DNA of 59,882 nucleotides, filler included. It is 7 parts of 7 records of this genome, joined end to end, with 100 filler letters (N's around TTAATTAATTAA, not from the genome) between each part and the next. Parts side by side here need not be neighbours in the genome. Positions count along the whole stretch, not along the records: positions 29,407 to 48,722 come from SRR31156797_20848; positions 48,823 to 54,402 come from SRR31156797_20867; 5 more parts are not named here. One strand, 5' to 3'. Of this stretch, positions 38,768 to 48,823 are shown in pieces. The translations under genes were made by a program, and so were the position numbers. The stretch's first letter is position 1. Each line of letters begins with the position of its first letter. Under the pieces are notes generated by a model, which saw nothing but the letters and a program-made list of their open reading frames with translations, was not told the origin of the DNA and did not search any database.

Positions 38768-38933
38768 TTGTTCTTAAAATTGATAGTTTTTGTTACCTCC
38801 GCCAAGGTCGCTAAAACTATCATACGTCAAATACATTTCCCGACAGCATCTCTCTACTTTTCAAACTGCACACACGTCGCCCCCCGTGGCTGCTTTACAA
38901 GAACCCTGTACCATAAGGGGTTAACCATGCTGT

Positions 38934-40427
38934 TTAATTAGAATATTGTTGTTTCAATTTCTTCTTTCCGGCCTCTTTCTTCGAGATACCTTTTCCTATC
39001 AGTCTGTAGGCAATGTAATACTTATAGATATTTGAGACATACTGAACAGTCTCCCTCCCAATCCGCCGGGCTGCAATCAGTTCCACATTATTAAACCAGA
39101 CATTGGGATCAAGCCCCTTCTTCCCAGCCTCTTTACGCAGCTTGGCAACACGTGCCGGGCCTGCATTATAAGAAGCAAATGCAAAAAGATGCTGATTTAA
39201 TGTATCCATCCCCTGATCTGAATAGTAGCGATCGGCCATAAATCGTAAATACTTTGTTCCAGCATGGACATTGGGTCCCAACTTATCAATACCTTTGATA
39301 TCCACATTAGGATCTGATGCCGTACTTGGCAGGATCTGCATAATTCCCACAGCACCGGCCCTACTTCTTCTTGACTGATCAAGGCCGGATTCCTGATAGG
39401 CAAGTGCACCCAACATCAGCCAATCAAAGGCATACTGATCTCCATATTTCTGAAAAACCTTGACCACGTCACGAAACTTCTTCATTTCTTTTTCAGAAAC
39501 GTTATTACGCGCATATTGAGCATTTTTAAGATATCTCTTTATCAATATGTTGTAGCGGAGAGTCCCCTGACGATGAGTTTTAACAAAACTGTTGAGCCGC
39601 TTTTTCAATAACGGGCTTTTTTTGCGAATTGCCCAGGCAATACTGCCTCCACTGTGGATGACAATGCTGTCATGCACCTTAACGCTGGGGAAAACCTGTT
39701 TCCAAAGATCAGCTTTATGCAAATCAACTATCACCATCGGGATGAGATCAGCATTAACCATTTCCAGCAGGTCCTCATCCTCCAAATACTCATCTGCCAG
39801 CACTATCTTTATCGGCTTTTTCCCCGTTGCTGCCAAGGTTTCATTAACATTGAGCAGGCTTTCATAGTAGCTGCTTGATTTTCTGACAAAAATATCTTTA
39901 CCCGCCAAATCAAACAAAGACTTAAGTACAGGGCCATCACTATGGGTGATGACCACCTCCCTAACATCCCGGTAAAAAGGATCAGTAAAATCTACTATTT
40001 CCGAACGCTTCGGGGTGATGGTTAAATTACCGACCGCAATATCACCATACCCTTCAACCAAATCGGTAAGTAACCGATCCCGTGGAGTTGGAATAACTAT
40101 GGCCTTAATTTTCACATGACCTTTTTTTTGCTGCTTGTTGATGTACTCCTCAAAAAACTTGACACTTTCATAAGCCATCCCCTTCTGCCTGCCCTTATCA
40201 AGAAAGTAAAAAGTTTTACTGAAAGGCACCAAAAACCTAATAACATGTTCGTTGTCCATCACATCAAAATCACCACCCCTTTTACTGTTGTGATATAGAG
40301 CGACATCACTTTTGGGTTGTGTGGGCTCGGAAGCAGCGCTAGAAAAGGCTCCAGGTAAAAAAACCGCAACAGTTATTACCACGTACGCCAACAACTGTAT
40401 TCCCCGAATCATCATCTCTTTCCTCAC
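38934..40427 (-). CDS. MltF-like lytic transglycosylase (SBP_bac_3 + SLT domains)
   Basis: GDIAVGNLTIT, VRKSSSYYESL; SLT motifs AYQESGL, GAVGIMQ, SYNAGP, ETVQYV. Confidence 0.9.
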   Translation of the reverse strand: MRKEMMIRGIQLLAYVVITVAVFLPGAFSSAASEPTQPKSDVALYHNSKRGGDFDVMDNEHVIRFLVPFSKTFYFLDKGRQKGMAYESVKFFEEYINKQQKKGHVKIKAIVIPTPRDRLLTDLVEGYGDIAVGNLTITPKRSEIVDFTDPFYRDVREVVITHSDGPVLKSLFDLAGKDIFVRKSSSYYESLLNVNETLAATGKKPIKIVLADEYLEDEDLLEMVNADLIPMVIVDLHKADLWKQVFPSVKVHDSIVIHSGGSIAWAIRKKSPLLKKRLNSFVKTHRQGTLRYNILIKRYLKNAQYARNNVSEKEMKKFRDVVKVFQKYGDQYAFDWLMLGALAYQESGLDQSRRSRAGAVGIMQILPSTASDPNVDIKGIDKLGPNVHAGTKYLRFMADRYYSDQGMDTLNQHLFAFASYNAGPARVAKLRKEAGKKGLDPNVWFNNVELIAARRIGRETVQYVSNIYKYYIAYRLIGKGISKKEAGKKKLKQQYSN

Positions 40428-40458
40428 CTGATTTTCGTTTTATCCGCCACTCGCCCTC

Positions 40459-41787
40459 CTAAAACCCATAAAAACCAGGAAAGATGACTAGTGAGGCCAG
40501 CACGGCGATCTGAATGATAATAAAAGGCATCACTCCTTTATAAATATCCACCGTCAGTACACCGGGCGGGCATACACCCTTTAAATAAAACAGTGAAAAA
40601 CCAAAAGGAGGCGTTAAAAAAGATGTCTGCAGATTCATAGCGATCAGGATGGCAAACCACATAGGGTTGATGCCTATGGCTTCAGAAATTGGCAGCAGAA
40701 TAGGTACAACGATGTAGGAGATCTCGATAAAATCAATAAAAAAGCCTAGAGCCATAATCGCCAGCATGGACAGAATCAAAAAGCCCCATTTCTCACCGGG
40801 AAGATTCATCATAAAATCTTCCACAAGGAGATCAGCACCGGTGTAAACAAAAACCATTGAAAAGGCGGTAGCCCCAATCAGAATTGCAAAAACCATGGCC
40901 GTAATTTTGACAGTCTCCTTGGAAGAATCTAAAACTATTTTCCAAGTGAGTTTTTTATATGCCGCAGCCAAAAGCATAGCACCCAGAGCTCCTACAGAAG
41001 CGGATTCGGTGGGGGTGGCGATACCAGCAAAAATAGACCCAAGAACCATGACTATCAAAGCCAACGGAGGCACGATAGCCATCACCGCCCGCCAAACCAT
41101 TCCTTTTTTATCCTCTTCCGGAACCACTATTTGCGGGGCAGCATCCTTATCTACCAAAGAAATGATTAGGATATAGAAGACATAGCAGCCAACAAGTGCC
41201 AATCCTGGAAACAAGGCTGCCTTAAACAAATCACCTACCGGCAACTGAAAGACATCACCTAAAATGATGAGCACTATGGAAGGAGGTATAATCTGCCCTA
41301 GAGTTCCAGCCGCGCAGATGGTCCCGGTAGCGAGCTTTTTACTGTACCCGTACTTAAGCATTACTGGCAAAGAGATAACGCCCATGGCAACAACTGAAGC
41401 CCCTACCACTCCAGTGGACGCGGCCAGCAGCGTTCCCACCAGGACAGTACTGATTGCCAGGCCGCCCCGGACCTTGCCAAACAAAATACCCATGGACTCC
41501 AGCAGCCGCTCTGCCAACTGAGACTTCTGAAGAATAATCCCCATCAGAATAAACAGAGGAATTGCCATCAGGATAGTGTTGGTCATGATCGAATAGGTCC
41601 TGAACGGCATCATTGAGAACATGCTGAAAAATTCTTCAACGACCTCCATGACTGTCGGGTTTGGAAGCAGTTCTACAACAGCAGCTATCGCACCAAAAAG
41701 CATTGCCACCGAACCAAAAGTAAAGGCAACGGGATAGCCTACGACCAACAAAACCAGAGCGGCAAAAAACATTATTATTCCTGTCAT
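40459..41787 (-). CDS. dctM: TRAP transporter large permease DctM
   Basis: AIPLFILMG, GTLGQIIPPS, ATPTES, LQTSFLTPPFG. Confidence 0.95.
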   Translation of the reverse strand: MTGIIMFFAALVLLVVGYPVAFTFGSVAMLFGAIAAVVELLPNPTVMEVVEEFFSMFSMMPFRTYSIMTNTILMAIPLFILMGIILQKSQLAERLLESMGILFGKVRGGLAISTVLVGTLLAASTGVVGASVVAMGVISLPVMLKYGYSKKLATGTICAAGTLGQIIPPSIVLIILGDVFQLPVGDLFKAALFPGLALVGCYVFYILIISLVDKDAAPQIVVPEEDKKGMVWRAVMAIVPPLALIVMVLGSIFAGIATPTESASVGALGAMLLAAAYKKLTWKIVLDSSKETVKITAMVFAILIGATAFSMVFVYTGADLLVEDFMMNLPGEKWGFLILSMLAIMALGFFIDFIEISYIVVPILLPISEAIGINPMWFAILIAMNLQTSFLTPPFGFSLFYLKGVCPPGVLTVDIYKGVMPFIIIQIAVLASLVIFPGFYGF

Positions 41788-42287
41788 TTGCTGCTCCTGT
41801 ATTTTTCAATATTCTGAAGGATATAACCGACGGCTGCAAAAAGCAGAAAAGCAAAGGCTAGGGGAATCATCCCCTTTATCACCCACCTGTAGGGGAGCCC
41901 ACCTGGATCTTCTGAAATTTCCCCTGAGCTATATGCATCCTGAACAAATTCAAATGATCCGAAAAAAATAAGCAGTGCTAAAGGCATCAACAAAAAAATG
42001 GTCCCCAGGATATTAATCATGGCCTTCTTCCGCTTGTGCAGCCGGTCATATAAAAAATCGACCCGGACATGGCCCTCATTTTTAAGGGCAACCCCTACTC
42101 CAAACAGGATTACCACAGAAAAAATATGCCACTCCATCTCCTGCATCCCAACAGAGCTAGCACGAAAGATGTAGCGCATCATCACATCATAGGCGACATT
42201 CAACACCATCAAAAGAAGCAGGACCGACAAACAACCACCTACTACATCAACGACCCGACCGATAAAGGTTTCTATTTGTTTTAACAT
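41784..42287 (-). CDS. dctQ: TRAP transporter small permease DctQ
   Basis: QEMEWH, HVRVD, DPGGLP; 4 TM. Confidence 0.93.
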   Translation of the reverse strand: MLKQIETFIGRVVDVVGGCLSVLLLLMVLNVAYDVMMRYIFRASSVGMQEMEWHIFSVVILFGVGVALKNEGHVRVDFLYDRLHKRKKAMINILGTIFLLMPLALLIFFGSFEFVQDAYSSGEISEDPGGLPYRWVIKGMIPLAFAFLLFAAVGYILQNIEKYRSSK

Positions 42288-42320
42288 GATAAAGAATCAA
42301 ATTGAGGGGCATATACAGGT

Positions 42321-42351
42321 CCGCCCTGCCAGGTAACACATGACAGGGCGG
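42321..42351. promoter_or_regulatory. GC-rich intergenic hairpin between dctP and dctQ
   Basis: CCGCCCTG-N15-CAGGGCGG with no U tract; typical mRNA-stabilising element after an SBP gene. Confidence 0.55.
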
Positions 42352-42379
42352 CAATAAAACGTTTCAATGCTGTGGAGGA

Positions 42380-43456
42380 TTACTCAGCAAGCACCTTACT
42401 GGTCTCGATATAATTAAACTCAGAGATGATACTCCAGGCTCTTGCTTTTTCCATGTACTCTCGTTGTGAATCAAGCACCTTCTTAAACTGCGGATCTTTT
42501 GCGGCATAGCTGTCGTAAAGATCGTCTGCGGCTGTCTTCATCGCCTTGAGAACAGGCTTAGGGAAAGTTTTCACTTTGATGTTTGGAAATTCTGTCTTCA
42601 TCTGTGCCCAGGCGTCAACGCTTCCTGCAAAATTCTCTATATACATCTCAGCAGTTACAGCCTTGATAGCGGTATCAAGCATTGCCTTAAATTCTGGGCT
42701 CAGCTTATTGTAGGCACGCTTGTTAATAAGAAACTGCATCTCAGAGGCAGGCTCATGCCAACCGGTATAGTAGTAGGGCGCGATCTTATGAAAGCCCATT
42801 TTAATATCCATTGCAGGCCCTACCCATTCCAGTGCGTCAATGGTACCGCGATCAAGAGAAGTATACAGTTCTCCAGGAGCGATATTGGTCACGTTTACAC
42901 CCAGTTTGGCAAAGACTTCCCCGGCAAGTCCGGGAATACGCATTTTCAATCCTTTCAGGTCTTCAAGGGAGTTAATTTCTTTTCTGAACCAGCCACCCAT
43001 TTGTACGCCGGTATTACCGCCAGGTAAGCTCAGAACCTTATACTTATCGTAGGCTTCCTGCATCAACTCCATACCACCGCCATAGTAGAACCAGGCATAT
43101 TGTTCAGAAGCAGTCATACCAAAAGGAACAGAGGTGAAGAAAACCATGGCCATATCTTTTCCCTTCCAATAGTAGGAAGCACTGTGGCCCATATCATATT
43201 GTCCGCCCTTGACCATATCCAGGATACCAAGCGCGGCCTTATGTTTTTCTGATCCCTCTACCCTGATGGTAAATTTTCCACCACTCATCTCATCCAGCAA
43301 CTTAGCCAGCTTCAAAGGTGGAGAAGCAAGTGGTGTCAGAGTGGAAGACCATGTCATGGCCAATTTCCATTTCACTGCTTTTTCGGCAAAAGCAGGAACA
43401 GCCATCATCGATAGTACAGCAAGTGTAACCACAGTACGTACAACCAGTTTCATCAT
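42380..43456 (-). CDS. dctP: TRAP solute-binding protein DctP (TakP-like, monocarboxylate/2-oxoacid clade)
   Basis: HSASYYWKGK, GNTGVQMGGWF, KMRIPG, ALEWVGP, GWHEP. Confidence 0.92.
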   Translation of the reverse strand: MMKLVVRTVVTLAVLSMMAVPAFAEKAVKWKLAMTWSSTLTPLASPPLKLAKLLDEMSGGKFTIRVEGSEKHKAALGILDMVKGGQYDMGHSASYYWKGKDMAMVFFTSVPFGMTASEQYAWFYYGGGMELMQEAYDKYKVLSLPGGNTGVQMGGWFRKEINSLEDLKGLKMRIPGLAGEVFAKLGVNVTNIAPGELYTSLDRGTIDALEWVGPAMDIKMGFHKIAPYYYTGWHEPASEMQFLINKRAYNKLSPEFKAMLDTAIKAVTAEMYIENFAGSVDAWAQMKTEFPNIKVKTFPKPVLKAMKTAADDLYDSYAAKDPQFKKVLDSQREYMEKARAWSIISEFNYIETSKVLAE

Positions 43457-43647
43457 ACCCTCCTCATTTTTAATCTTGTGTCAACTTCAGCATCCGATAG
43501 GGAGCACCCCACATGCGACGTACTATGACAAGAGCGAACATACAAATCAAGCAACTTGTCCCAGCCATCTTGAATAATTGTCTTGTTATTCAATTGCCGG
43601 ATTACCACGCGCCTTAATCTTAAAAAGAACCCTACACGAAAAACCCC

Positions 43648-44724
43648 TTACCCAAGCCTTCCACCAACAAAGAACTCTTCAGCCAAATCGACTTCTTTCT
43701 TGGAACCAATGATCAAAGGCACCCGCTGGTGCAGATTGGTGGGTTCAATATCAAGAATTCGCCGCCCATCGTCGGTGACGGCTCTGCCTCCTGCCTGTTC
43801 TACCACCATGGCAAGTGGTGCCGCCTCATATAACAGACGCAGTTTCCCCTCAGATTTTTCAGGACTTTTTTTATCGCGAGGATACAGAAAAATACCACCT
43901 TTTACTAAGTTGCGATGAAAGTCGGCCACCAGTGAACCAATATACCTTAGGCTATAGGGCCCCATGCCGTCTTCTTCCTTTTTGAGCTGTGCAATAAAAT
44001 CCCTGGTGGAATCGAGCCAATACGTGCTGTATGCCTCGTTAACGCTATAATAAGGACAGACATCGGGAATGGTAATATTGGGATGGGAAAGAAAAAATTC
44101 ACCAACACTGGGATCTAAGGTAAAACCATGAACACCCGACCCAGTGGTATAAACCATAACCGTTGAAGATCCATAAATAATATAGCCGGCAGCGACCTGC
44201 TTGCTCCCTTTCTGCAGCAGGTCAGCCTCGGTGCCCATGCCTTTTTCTGAAAGACGGCGATGGATAGAAAAAATAGTGCCTATACTTACATTGACATCAA
44301 TATTAGATGAGCCGTCAAGGGGATCAAAAGCAATGGTATACTCGCCGTCGTAGCCTTCCAGGACCGGTATGATTTCGTCATCTTCCTCAGAAGCCATGAC
44401 ACAAACATAGCCGCACTGCTCCATGCGCCTTTTTATGGTCTGATTGGCAAACACATCGAGTTTCTGAACAGTTTCCCCTTGGATATTAGTTTTCCCGGAC
44501 TGCCCTAAAATATCAGCAAGACCGGCCATATTCACCTCGGCACTGATAATCTTACCGGCAACAACCAGATCATTGAGCAGACTAGTCAATTCGCCAGTTG
44601 CTTCAGGATGGAGCAGCTGGTCATCCATAATCTGCCTGGAAACCGTTATCCCTTTTCTTTTTTCAAGCATGAGCTCTCCTTTATAAACGAACTGCCTTTT
44701 TTGGATATGATTAAGACTTTCCAT
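43648..44724 (-). CDS. fbp: Fructose-1,6-bisphosphatase class I
   Basis: VQKLD, ASEE, FDPLDGSSNIDVNVSIGTIF, RYIGSLVADFHR, KLRLLYE. Real start is probably MLEKRKG at about 44670. Confidence 0.96.
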   Translation of the reverse strand: MESLNHIQKRQFVYKGELMLEKRKGITVSRQIMDDQLLHPEATGELTSLLNDLVVAGKIISAEVNMAGLADILGQSGKTNIQGETVQKLDVFANQTIKRRMEQCGYVCVMASEEDDEIIPVLEGYDGEYTIAFDPLDGSSNIDVNVSIGTIFSIHRRLSEKGMGTEADLLQKGSKQVAAGYIIYGSSTVMVYTTGSGVHGFTLDPSVGEFFLSHPNITIPDVCPYYSVNEAYSTYWLDSTRDFIAQLKKEEDGMGPYSLRYIGSLVADFHRNLVKGGIFLYPRDKKSPEKSEGKLRLLYEAAPLAMVVEQAGGRAVTDDGRRILDIEPTNLHQRVPLIIGSKKEVDLAEEFFVGGRLG

Positions 44725-44844
44725 AACTATTCAGCAGTGCTCCAGATATGTATAAGCAGGCTGGATAGCTATAGTAACGCTATGTGTCCCACCTGATCAT
44801 GCGCAGAGGTAAGCGCTGACTCCGTGGGGTGCTCTAAAAAGTTA
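44724..44844. mobile_element. ~121-bp MITE-like repeat with imperfect terminal inverted repeats
   Basis: Left TAACTATTCAG and right CTAAAAAGTTA (9/11 complementary). The first 29 nt recur at 48694-48722. Confidence 0.6.
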
Positions 44845-46419
44845 AGACTCTTTGGTTTCAGGTTGCGGTAAGGGCTTCCAATGCCGCAACAAATTCACCA
44901 GGGTGCGAGTGCCGATCCCGGAAGGCCCACTGGGAACATATGATTTTTCAGTGTACCCCCATGCGGTACCGGCTATATCAAGGTGAGCCCATGGTACCTC
45001 ACCCACAAATTCCTGCAAATAACAGGCAGCAGTAATGGTTCCGGCACTCTTGCCTCCGGTATTTTTGATATCCGCAACCTTGGATTCGATCTGCTTTCTG
45101 TATTCCGGACCTATGGGTAAACGCCACAAAAGTTCACCGGACCGCTCCCCTGCTTCAAGCATCCTTTCTGCCAGTGAATCGTTATTAGCAATGAGGCCGG
45201 TTCGATGGTGACCAAGTCCAACGATTACCGCTCCTGTCAGAGTGGCGAGATCGATGACTGCTTCGGGAGCATAGGTTTCGATTCCATAGGCAATGGCATC
45301 TGCCAATATAAGCCGTCCTTCGGCATCGGTATTAATAATTTCAGCAGTCTTCCCGCCAAAGTGGGTTATAATATCGCCGGGTTTTAATGCTGCGCCACCC
45401 GACATGTTATCCGTAGTCGGCACCAGCCCGATTACATTGACTCCGGTAGGCTGCTCCTCTGCGATGGCCTGCATTGCAGTTATAACTGCTGCACCGCCGC
45501 ACATATCGTACTTCATATCCTCCATACCGGCTGCCGGCTTCAGGCTGATTCCGCCAGAATCAAAAGTCAATCCCTTGCCGACCAGCAGCACCGTTGGATT
45601 TTTCTTATCGCTCTTGTATTCAAGTACAACCAGCTTGGGCGGCTGCTCAGATCCCTGATTCACACCTAGAATCCCACCCATACCAAGCTTTTTCATGGTT
45701 GTTTTCTCAATAACCTTATACTTAAGCCGGTGTTTTTTAGATATTTTTTTTGCATATTCTGCAAATTCTACAGAGGTCCACCCGTTACCTGGCTGATTGG
45801 CCATGTCGCGGGCAGCACATGCAGCTTCAGCAAGGATCCGCCCACGGTTCATCCCCCTACGTACTGCGGTTGACGACAAACCACCATCATTTAGCAAAAA
45901 GGTTGCCACGGGTTTCGCCTTTTCAATTGCCTTTTCATCGGTCTTATATTCAGTAAATCGGTAATTACCGAGCAACAAACCTTCAGTAAGGCTCTCTGCT
46001 ATTTCGGCCGCAGACAATACAAATTCTTTAGGCAACACCACAAGCACCTCTGATGCTTTTACTTTATTGCCTTGGGCAGCTATGGTGCCGCCAGCAATAC
46101 GTAGCTGTTCCAGCCGCGCAGCCATGTCATGGTCTTGTTCTCCAAGCCCGACTAGCAGCACCCTGCCTGCTTTCAATTCTTCCTGCTCCCCAATTAATCC
46201 AGGATAAAACAAAAACGTTTCTTCCTTTTTACCCTTAAAATCACCATGCTCCTTTATCTGATAGAGAGCTTTATTCAACAATGAAGCCGCTTCCCCCGGT
46301 AACCGTTCTATTTCTTCCTCTACAAGGTAAACGAGAAGGTCTCCTGCAAAATTTTCAGGGGTCTTGCTTGTCAGTTTTATCATCTTCTCCTCAAGATATA
46401 TCTCGCATTTACACGACAC
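44842..46419 (-). CDS. pepA: Leucyl aminopeptidase (M17)
   Basis: VGKGLTFDSGG, MKYDMCG, NTDAEGRL, DLATLTGA, WAHLDIAG. Confidence 0.96.
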   Translation of the reverse strand: MSCKCEIYLEEKMIKLTSKTPENFAGDLLVYLVEEEIERLPGEAASLLNKALYQIKEHGDFKGKKEETFLFYPGLIGEQEELKAGRVLLVGLGEQDHDMAARLEQLRIAGGTIAAQGNKVKASEVLVVLPKEFVLSAAEIAESLTEGLLLGNYRFTEYKTDEKAIEKAKPVATFLLNDGGLSSTAVRRGMNRGRILAEAACAARDMANQPGNGWTSVEFAEYAKKISKKHRLKYKVIEKTTMKKLGMGGILGVNQGSEQPPKLVVLEYKSDKKNPTVLLVGKGLTFDSGGISLKPAAGMEDMKYDMCGGAAVITAMQAIAEEQPTGVNVIGLVPTTDNMSGGAALKPGDIITHFGGKTAEIINTDAEGRLILADAIAYGIETYAPEAVIDLATLTGAVIVGLGHHRTGLIANNDSLAERMLEAGERSGELLWRLPIGPEYRKQIESKVADIKNTGGKSAGTITAACYLQEFVGEVPWAHLDIAGTAWGYTEKSYVPSGPSGIGTRTLVNLLRHWKPLPQPETKES

Positions 46420-46683
46420 TATCCCGTCATTTGAATGACAGAAAGAAGTCTCTCATGCGGAATCTGGATTCAATTATTTTCAACAAGTGATAGATGAACT
46501 CGAAAAAAGACCATCACATACTAAAAAATGGTTAAGGCATCAATGATTGTAAGAAAAACCAACCATGTCCTCTACTGGAGACACCTCTTCAAGTCTTACA
46601 CCAAAGTTCACTGAACCTCAATTGGCAAAACTGTAATTTTCCGCTAAGATAGCAAAAAAATATATCCTTAAAAGGAGGCTCCA

Positions 46684-47769
46684 TTGCTGACTATTTTTAT
46701 AGTATCTGTTTGCTTCGCCATCATTATTTCCGCATTATGCAGTATTTTTGAAGCGGTGCTGTATTCACTGTCTATCCCCCATGTCGAGTTGATGACTGAA
46801 AAACATCCTCGTCAAGCCAAAGGAATGAATCAATTAAAGGAAAATATAGAGAAACCAATCACCGCAATCCTCACCCTTAACACTATTGCCAATACAATCG
46901 GTGCATCTGTTGCTGGTGCGGCTGCAGTGGCTCTTTTCGGTCAACATTCCCTTATTTGGTTTTCAATCAGCTTTACCCTGGCCATCCTTATTTTTTCTGA
47001 AATCCTGCCTAAGACCATAGGTGTGGTTTACACCAGACAGTTGGCACCTTTTATTGTGCGACCGCTCCAATGGATGATCACCTTGCTCCTCCCGATTATA
47101 TGGCTCTGCCGAACTGTGACCAGAATGGTTCCAAACAGCCCGAGCTCTCAACAAATATCTGCCGAAGAACTCAAGACCATTGCCAGCCTGAGTAGAAAAT
47201 CCGGAGAGATTGAAGCTGATCAGGAGGCGATTATCGGCAACATACTCCAGCTAGGTAAAAAATCAGTCCGAAAGGTTATGACCCCAAGGACAGTCACCTA
47301 TTCCGTCGACCAGTCACTAACCATACACCAAGCCGCCCAGGATGAAGAGAAGTGGCGCATGCACAGCAGGGTGCCTTTGTTTAAAGATGGGGACCAGGAC
47401 GACATAGTCGGTCTGGTACTCAGCCAGGAAGTGTTAATGGCAGCGGCTCTAGACCAGGATGACCTCCAGTTGTCACGTATCATGAGACCCGTACACTTTG
47501 TTCCGGAAACAGCTCCTTTGGACCGAGTGTTTATTGATTTTTTTGAAAACCACCAGCACCTTATGGTCGTGGTCGATGAATATGGAAGTGTAACTGGCGT
47601 TATTAGTCTCGAAGATATTATCGAAGAAATTCTGGGGCGAGAGATTGTCGATGAATCTGACAAAAACCAGAACATGCGTGAGTTTGCCCGCCTCAAAAAG
47701 AAAACACTCTCACCCGGGGAGGAACAAACCGTTCATACTGCCATGGAAAAGGAGAAGGAAACCGAATAA
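46684..47769 (+). CDS. CNNM (DUF21) + CBS domain protein (hemolysin/CorC family)
   Basis: ISALCSIFEAVL, ILTLNTIAN, SEILPK, VMTPR, VVDEYG, LEDIIEEILGREIVDE. Confidence 0.92.
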   Translation: MLTIFIVSVCFAIIISALCSIFEAVLYSLSIPHVELMTEKHPRQAKGMNQLKENIEKPITAILTLNTIANTIGASVAGAAAVALFGQHSLIWFSISFTLAILIFSEILPKTIGVVYTRQLAPFIVRPLQWMITLLLPIIWLCRTVTRMVPNSPSSQQISAEELKTIASLSRKSGEIEADQEAIIGNILQLGKKSVRKVMTPRTVTYSVDQSLTIHQAAQDEEKWRMHSRVPLFKDGDQDDIVGLVLSQEVLMAAALDQDDLQLSRIMRPVHFVPETAPLDRVFIDFFENHQHLMVVVDEYGSVTGVISLEDIIEEILGREIVDESDKNQNMREFARLKKKTLSPGEEQTVHTAMEKEKETE

Positions 47770-47866
47770 CTGTTACAGATCACTGATAAGAGATTTTAAG
47801 TAGAGTGGCAGCAGTGGTAAAAGAGTGGTACATATGTGCGATATTAGAAACCATTAGCCATTGTAG

Positions 47867-48643
47867 ATGACACCCCTATTACGATTAAGTCTTCTTCAAA
47901 AAAAAAACAGGTACACAATCACAGGTAAAGCAAAAGAAATACTGTCCATGAAAGAACAATCATTTATCCATTGTCACAGAAGCTACCATCGCCCTCTACT
48001 TTTTGCTCTCAGCCTCTCGTTTCTGGCAGCTACAACGGCTGGGGCTGCAATGCTGTACGTGCAGCCATCTTCTGAAATACCGATGCGGAGGGGTCAGGGA
48101 ACTGACTACAAAATCATTTCCATCCTCACCGACGGGACTGCGGTTGAATATATCTCTGAAAAAAACGGCTGGGCCCAAGTAAAGCTGAAAAATGGCAAAC
48201 AGGGATGGATTCTCAAACGTTATCTGAGCCCCAGCCCACCCTTGACCGAACAGGTCAGCCTGCTCACCGGGCAAAAAGAAACATTAACAACCCAGGTCAG
48301 TTCCCTCCAGAGCCAGTTGGATGAGCTAACCGATGCACAAGGACAGACAGCAATTGAACTCAGTGCTTGTATTGCAGAACGTACGGATATTAGAGATAAG
48401 TATCAGACACTGGAAAGGGAAACCTTGGACGTTGTCCAAACCAAAGAGGCGCTACTGAAGGCCAGAGAAATGATAGAGCAATTAAAGCAGGAAAATGCAG
48501 ATGTAAAAATCGCCAATTCCGTGCTCAAAAAGAACGAATCAATCAAATGGTTCATGGCGGGTTCTGGAGTTATTTTGTTAGGCTGGCTACTGGGACGTAT
48601 TTCAAGAAAATCGCGCAGGAAAAAACCTACCCTGCTTTCGTAA
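47867..48643 (+). CDS. SH3 domain + coiled-coil membrane protein (TIGR04211/YgiM-like)
   Basis: MRRGQGTDYKII...GWAQV...GWILKRYL, coiled coil, WFMAGSGV TM, basic tail. Real start likely ATG 47948. Confidence 0.88.
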   Translation: MTPLLRLSLLQKKNRYTITGKAKEILSMKEQSFIHCHRSYHRPLLFALSLSFLAATTAGAAMLYVQPSSEIPMRRGQGTDYKIISILTDGTAVEYISEKNGWAQVKLKNGKQGWILKRYLSPSPPLTEQVSLLTGQKETLTTQVSSLQSQLDELTDAQGQTAIELSACIAERTDIRDKYQTLERETLDVVQTKEALLKAREMIEQLKQENADVKIANSVLKKNESIKWFMAGSGVILLGWLLGRISRKSRRKKPTLLS

Positions 48644-48693
48644 AAACGTAACCATTCATCGAATGAAAAATTATCTACCTCAACCTCAAGCGG

Positions 48694-48722
48694 TAACTGT
48701 TCAGCAGTGCTCCAGATGCGTA
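48694..48722. repeat. Start of a second copy of the MITE-like repeat at the contig end
   Basis: TAACTGTTCAGCAGTGCTCCAGATGCGTA, 26/29 identical to 44724-44752. Confidence 0.75.
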
Positions 48723-48822
48723 NNNNNNNNNNNNNNNNNNNNNNNNNNNNNNNNNNNNNNNNNNNNTTAATTAATTAANNNNNNNNNNNNNNNNNNNNNN
48801 NNNNNNNNNNNNNNNNNNNNNN
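48723..48822. other. Artificial contig-joining spacer
   Basis: 44 N + TTAATTAATTAA + 44 N. Confidence 0.98.
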
Positions 48823-48823
48823 C

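Noticed and set aside
46491-46541. TAGATGAACTCGAAAAAAGACC as a possible eroded IS or MITE end
   Set aside because: No partner inverted repeat or second copy in this window.
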